A stretch of 64,000 bases of DNA from an uncultured bacterium (GTDB lineage: Bacteria > UBP6 > UBA1177 > JAKLFG01): NCBI GenBank assembly GCA_937871295.1, contig CALMRE010000074.1:5088-69087 (forward strand). The letters are read 5' to 3'. Below, one piece after another: positions 59,873 to 64,000 of this stretch. Position 1 is the stretch's first letter. Every line of letters starts with the position of its first letter. Below the pieces are notes generated by a model. That model had not been told where the DNA came from and searched no databases. It saw nothing but the letters and a program-made list of their open reading frames with translations. The position numbers were made by a program, and so were the translations under genes.

Positions 59873-60523
59873 TCAGAGATACTCCAGCGCATCCAGCGGG
59901 TGCTTGAGGAATATCTTCGCGCCGGCGGTCGATAATTCTTTCTTCGTCGAAAAGCCCCAGAGCGCCGCGCCTGCGGTCATTCCCGCCGCCTTTGCCGCGC
60001 CGATGTCGGCCGCCATGTCGCCGATGAGCATGATCTGTTCGGGCGGCCGTCCCATGATATGCGCCGCCATGAGCGCCCCGTCGGGAGCGGGTTTCAGCGG
60101 CAGGTAGGCGCGCGCCCCGATGACAATATCAAACCGGAACGGGGCGAGGTCGCGTTCGGCGTGAAGCCGGGTGAAGCGTTCATCCTTGTTCGAAAGTATC
60201 GATTTGGGAATGCCGCGTTTTTCCAGTTCGGTCAGCAGTTCGCGGACGCCGTCGTAGAGCGGAACCCCCTTCTCTTTTTCCTGTGCATACACGGCGCGCA
60301 TCTCGGGGATGAACAGACGGATGGTCTCCTCGTCGCGCATATCAACGGGCAACGCCCGCTCCACCAGATTGGCCAGTCCGTCGCCGACAAAGCGGCGGTA
60401 CGACGCGGTGCGGTGGGTCGGCAGGCCGCGCGCTTTGAGGGCGCTGTTCATCGAGACAGAGATGAGTTTCAGGGTGTTGAGGAGCGTCCCGTCCATGTCG
60501 AAGATGATAGCCGTCACTTTCAT
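59873..60523 (-). CDS. HAD family hydrolase (phosphoglycolate phosphatase-like)
   Basis: IFDMDGTL, LSNK, KPAP, IGDMAADI. Confidence 0.92.
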   Translation of the reverse strand: MKVTAIIFDMDGTLLNTLKLISVSMNSALKARGLPTHRTASYRRFVGDGLANLVERALPVDMRDEETIRLFIPEMRAVYAQEKEKGVPLYDGVRELLTELEKRGIPKSILSNKDERFTRLHAERDLAPFRFDIVIGARAYLPLKPAPDGALMAAHIMGRPPEQIMLIGDMAADIGAAKAAGMTAGAALWGFSTKKELSTAGAKIFLKHPLDALEYL

Positions 60524-60564
60524 GGAAGGCGTTATACCGTTAAACGAGTGCCGTTGTCAATGAG

Positions 60565-60595
60565 AAGAAAAAGAAAACCCCCGTTGCCGGGGGTT
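60565..60595 (-). terminator. Rho-independent terminator of the putative sRNA
   Basis: Minus strand aacccccg-gcaa-cgggggtt followed by ttctttttctt. Confidence 0.85.
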
Positions 60596-60773
60596 GATAT
60601 TCGCGCGGCCGATCCTGCGTTATTGAAACGAGTTTAATCGGCGTTGCTCCCGAAGGAGCAACGAAAGAATGTGTTGGTGTTGACAGTGGACAGCCGTTAC
60701 CGGCCATATTGAAAGGAACCAGAAAGACCAACCGCGCTCTTTTTGAACATCCAACTTTAAAGGAACAGTACCA
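60565..60773 (-). ncRNA. Putative sigma54-dependent small RNA (~210 nt)
   Basis: Bounded by a consensus -24/-12 promoter and an intrinsic terminator; c(UUCG)g hairpin at 60642..60663; no convincing ORF with an RBS. Confidence 0.65.
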
Positions 60774-60783
60774 TAGTGTTACA

Positions 60784-60800
60784 CGCAATAGACGTGCCAA
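60784..60800 (-). promoter_or_regulatory. Sigma54 (-24/-12) promoter
   Basis: Minus strand TTGGCACG-TCTA-TTGCG, matching TGGCACG-N4-TTGC; AT-rich upstream region. Confidence 0.8.
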
Positions 60801-60940
60801 CAACGCCGGCGACAAAGGATTTATCTATAATACATCTATATCGTTGGATATACAAAACGCTATGCGCTTATTTTGAAATAGGTCGCGGGTTGTTTTTGTC
60901 AACTTTAGTATACTATCAACGATTCGGGAAGAGAGTCGTG

Positions 60941-61933
60941 TCAACCGTGGTTGATTTCGTGTTGACCGGTAAACAGTCCGTACACCGGACGGCGACAAGA
61001 GGGACAGTGGCCGAAGTCAAGCAGGTCGTCCTGAATGTCGAATCCTTTTCGGGTGATAAGAAGAAGTTCGCAGGCGGCGCACCGGGTGTCGTTCCCGTCG
61101 GTCAGTGCGCTGTTGCCAATGTAAGTATACGGTATCAGCGTCTCGGTGCGGACCCGGTCGTAGATCGCCGCGAGGAACGATTCGGTCGTCGCCCGGAGTT
61201 TCATCCGGTAACTCGGATGGTAGCGCGACAGGTGCCAGACCGCGACACCCCGTTCGGCAAGCGCCTTACCGAGCGCGACGATGCCGTCGGCGGTGTGTAT
61301 CCCCTCGATGATGAGCGTGGTCACCTCGAGCACCGTGTCGGGGTCGGCGGCGATGCGGGCGATGTTGCGGAGCACCGGGGCGAGCGTCGCGCCGCACTGT
61401 TGGCGGTAGAACTCGTCGTCACCCTTGAGGTCGATGTTGAAGGCGTCGATGAGCGGCAGGATGCGGGAGAGCGCCTCGTCGGTGAACCAGCCGTTGGTCA
61501 CCATGACGGTGCGGAGTCCCGCCGCTTTCACGAGCCGCGCCGTGTCGAGCATATAATCCTGCCAGACGGTCGGTTCGCTGTAGGTGAAACTGACGCTCTC
61601 GCAGTTGTGCTTGCGCGCCGCCGCGACGATGTCGGCCGGGGCGACCGCTTCGGTACTGCGCCGCTCGAAGAACTCTTTCTGCGATATCGTAGAATTCTGG
61701 CAGAAACTGCACGAGAAGTTGCACCCGTGGAGCGCGAGCGACAGCGTCCCGGTGCCGGGAAGGAAGTGGTAGAGCGGCTTTTTCTCGATGGGATCGACCG
61801 CGAGCGAGACCAGTTGCCCGTAGTTCACCGTGACGATGGCGCCGCCCTTGTTCTCGCGGATACCGCACCGGCCGCGCCCTCCCGGCGGGAGACTACAGCG
61901 GTGTTCGCAGAAATCACAACACCGTGTCGTCAT
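60941..61933 (-). CDS. amrS: AmmeMemoRadiSam system radical SAM enzyme
   Basis: CEHRC.L..G..G.CGIREN; DPIEKKPLYHF.PG; GCNFSCSFCQN; FTYSEP; VTNG; NIDLKG; YIGN. Confidence 0.92.
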   Translation of the reverse strand: MTTRCCDFCEHRCSLPPGGRGRCGIRENKGGAIVTVNYGQLVSLAVDPIEKKPLYHFLPGTGTLSLALHGCNFSCSFCQNSTISQKEFFERRSTEAVAPADIVAAARKHNCESVSFTYSEPTVWQDYMLDTARLVKAAGLRTVMVTNGWFTDEALSRILPLIDAFNIDLKGDDEFYRQQCGATLAPVLRNIARIAADPDTVLEVTTLIIEGIHTADGIVALGKALAERGVAVWHLSRYHPSYRMKLRATTESFLAAIYDRVRTETLIPYTYIGNSALTDGNDTRCAACELLLITRKGFDIQDDLLDFGHCPSCRRPVYGLFTGQHEINHG

Positions 61934-62387
61934 CGGGGTTTTCGCTGTCGGTGAGTTCCTGTGCGGCGCTTTTGGTGATGTAGAAATCTTCGCCGAGGAG
62001 ATAGACGGTGTAGCGGATACCGCACCGGAAGGCCTGCTTCGATTCGGTGGTGACGGCGATCGTCTCGACCGAACCGAATATCTTTTCGCGGGTGTAGGTA
62101 AGGTAGAAATCCACCGCGCAGAAATTGGACAAACAGAGTTCGAACGGTTCGGTCCGTTCGCCGACGGCGATGTCGGTCGCGACCACATTGCGCTCATCCT
62201 TATAGTTGTCGAACTCGTCATGCAGGTAGACTTTCTTGACGATATGCTGCGACTCGGGGCTGTTGACCAGCACCATCTGCGGCGGTCGGCAGACGATATC
62301 CGCGTCGGGATAAGGTTGTTCATCTTTGCCGTCGCTGCACGCGGCGATCAGCAGGGCCGCGAACAACAGCAGCACTATCCGCATCAT
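61914..62387 (-). CDS. Hypothetical lipoprotein
   Basis: Lipobox IAAC; GAGGTG RBS; co-oriented in the amr operon. Confidence 0.7.
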   Translation of the reverse strand: MMRIVLLLFAALLIAACSDGKDEQPYPDADIVCRPPQMVLVNSPESQHIVKKVYLHDEFDNYKDERNVVATDIAVGERTEPFELCLSNFCAVDFYLTYTREKIFGSVETIAVTTESKQAFRCGIRYTVYLLGEDFYITKSAAQELTDSENPDDDTVL

Positions 62388-62397
62388 GGCCGCACCT

Positions 62398-63744
62398 CTA
62401 AAAAACAAAGTAGAGATCGACATAGCCCATCACCGAGAATATCGTTGATTCCTGCACCGTGAACTCGTCGGGAAGAAAGAGGTCGACATAGCGCCCCGGT
62501 TCGACCTCTACCCGTTTGCGTTCGACCCGCTTGAAGGAGAGATCGTTGGGTAATTTGAATTTGGCGAAGTAGGAGATATCGGCGCCGATCCGCAGGCCGG
62601 TCCGTATCGCCGGAATGAAAAAACCGGTCTCGAGCGTCGCGCCGAGCGATCCGAAGAAATGCGGCCGCATCTGGCTGGCGCGTCTATCGAGCCCCATGGC
62701 GAATTTCGTCCAGCGCAGTTCGAGCAGGTTGAGATAGGCCGACGGGTGGAGGGTGAACTGGAAATCGCTGGTGCCGACCACCAGTTGGTAGCCGCCGTGG
62801 CCGCCGAAGTAGAGCGAATAGAACTGTGAATCGTAGGAGAGAGAATAGACCTCGATATACTGTCCGTCGGCGTCGTCGCGGGTGATGCCGGGGACGAAGC
62901 CGTCGACCGACCGGTTGATGTCGGAGGTGTCGAAGGCGAAATCCTTGGTCACGAGTCTGCGATAGAAAAAACCGATGTCGGGGGTGATATACCAGCCGCT
63001 GTCGGGGTCGCCGAACGATACGGTGACCTTCTCCTCCAGTATCGTGCCGACGCCGGCGGCCGACAGGCTGTTCTTCTTGTCGTAGATGTCGACCCACGTG
63101 GTGCCGAACAGGGTCCGCAGGTTGAGCGTCATGAAGACCGGGAAGATGAGCGGCTTGAAGTCGGGGGTGGTGATGATGCGGACCGGATCGAGCACCGGCA
63201 GCGGCCGGGGAACGGTCTTCGCGCCGAGCGCCGCGCGGGCGGTATCGTAAAGTTCCCGGTCGTTCTGCATCAGTTCGAGGAGCCGCAGGAACAGAGGGCC
63301 GGCCGCGGCGACGGGCAGGTCATCGGCGGGGCAGTCGGGGCAGACGGCCGAGTAGCGTTTGAGCAGGAGTATCTCGTCGCCCCGGTAGAGTGTCGCGTCG
63401 ACGTACAGGTAGGGCGGCGCGTCGAAGGAGTAGGCGGTGCCGAAGGTGAGGGTGAAGATCGCGTCGGCGGCGGGGATGGCGGCGCCGGCGCCGTAGAAGA
63501 TCAGTGTCTGCGGGGTCATGATCGAACGGACGGTGCGCTCGATGAGCCGGTGAATGAGAGCCCGTTCCTCAAGTCCGTCCAGCGAAAAGCCCAGCACGGA
63601 ACCGGCGATGATGGTGGTCGGCCGCCGTTTGGTGTTGAGGTTCTCCCAGACGGGGGCCGACGGATCATAGGTTTCCGCCGCCGCGAGGAGGAGCGTGAAA
63701 AGAAGTATGAAAAGCGCCGCGGCGCCGCGTTCAGTGCGTCTCAT
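62398..63744 (-). CDS. Hypothetical secreted protein with a probable C-terminal OM beta-barrel
   Basis: Signal peptide; amphipathic strands; terminal beta-signal YVDLYFVF. Confidence 0.65.
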   Translation of the reverse strand: MRRTERGAAALFILLFTLLLAAAETYDPSAPVWENLNTKRRPTTIIAGSVLGFSLDGLEERALIHRLIERTVRSIMTPQTLIFYGAGAAIPAADAIFTLTFGTAYSFDAPPYLYVDATLYRGDEILLLKRYSAVCPDCPADDLPVAAAGPLFLRLLELMQNDRELYDTARAALGAKTVPRPLPVLDPVRIITTPDFKPLIFPVFMTLNLRTLFGTTWVDIYDKKNSLSAAGVGTILEEKVTVSFGDPDSGWYITPDIGFFYRRLVTKDFAFDTSDINRSVDGFVPGITRDDADGQYIEVYSLSYDSQFYSLYFGGHGGYQLVVGTSDFQFTLHPSAYLNLLELRWTKFAMGLDRRASQMRPHFFGSLGATLETGFFIPAIRTGLRIGADISYFAKFKLPNDLSFKRVERKRVEVEPGRYVDLFLPDEFTVQESTIFSVMGYVDLYFVF

Positions 63745-64000
63745 GTTCTCCAAAAACAAGCGCCTGAAAGGTCTGGAAGCGGCAGTTCGGGTCCTGCCAC
63801 CCGTCGCGCGGCAATCCCGCTTTCTGGGAAAGATAGGTGAGCGTCGTTTCGAGGTCCCACCCCTGTTCGGGGGCCACCTGCGGCAGGAACAGCGCCTGCC
63901 GCCCCTTGAGCGACAGTATCATCCCGTCGGTCCCGATCCGGATGTCGCGCCACGAGCCGACCGGCCGGGGGACGGTGAGTATCGATATCTCGATGGATAT
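63731..64000 (-). CDS. amrA: AmmeMemoRadiSam system protein A (AMMECR1 domain), 5' end outside the window
   Basis: IEISILT.P...IRIGTDG.IL...ALFLPQVAPEQGWD...L..L.QKAGL...W...FQALVF. Confidence 0.9.
   Translation of the reverse strand: MSIEISILTVPRPVGSWRDIRIGTDGMILSLKGRQALFLPQVAPEQGWDLETTLTYLSQKAGLPRDGWQDPNCRFQTFQALVFGEHETH

Noticed and set aside
60540..60815. 91-aa minus-strand ORF over the sRNA region
   Set aside because: It starts upstream of the sigma54 promoter, runs through the terminator, has no RBS and has atypical codon usage.

Overview
GC-rich bacterial chromosomal segment, most consistent with a diderm deltaproteobacteria/Myxococcota-like lineage; this is inferred from myxobacterial-type Cys-rich repeats, choice-of-anchor L lipoproteins and the thrS-infC-rpmI-rplT-ihfA-tRNAPro-surE order. 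It is mostly core genes (ybaB/recR, gmd/fcl, sppA, pdp, plsB-like, alaS, fkpA, surE, ihfA, rplT, rpmI, infC, thrS, lpdA, trxA, two tRNAs, AmmeMemoRadiSam genes) mixed with many secreted or surface Cys/Asp-rich proteins. I see no CRISPR array, integrase, transposase or reverse transcriptase. The best candidates for new biology are: (1) a myxosortase-like CPBP protease together with secreted proteins ending in a very short CaaX-like 'G-C-(G-C)-S/A-hydrophobic-COOH' tail with no transmembrane helix; (2) an unannotated ~210-nt sigma54-dependent sRNA with a UUCG hairpin, repeated anti-SD motifs and its own terminator; (3) an AAA+ ATPase translationally coupled to a degenerate RqcH/NFACT gene and divergent from alaS; (4) accessory genes stacked behind duplicated 'fkpA 3'-end + promoter' modules; (5) a 70-bp in-frame DNA module shared by two unrelated lipoproteins; (6) several apparent pseudo-enzymes (HsdR_N-FHA fusion, ATP-less histidine kinase). 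All calls come from reading motifs by eye; no searches were run.
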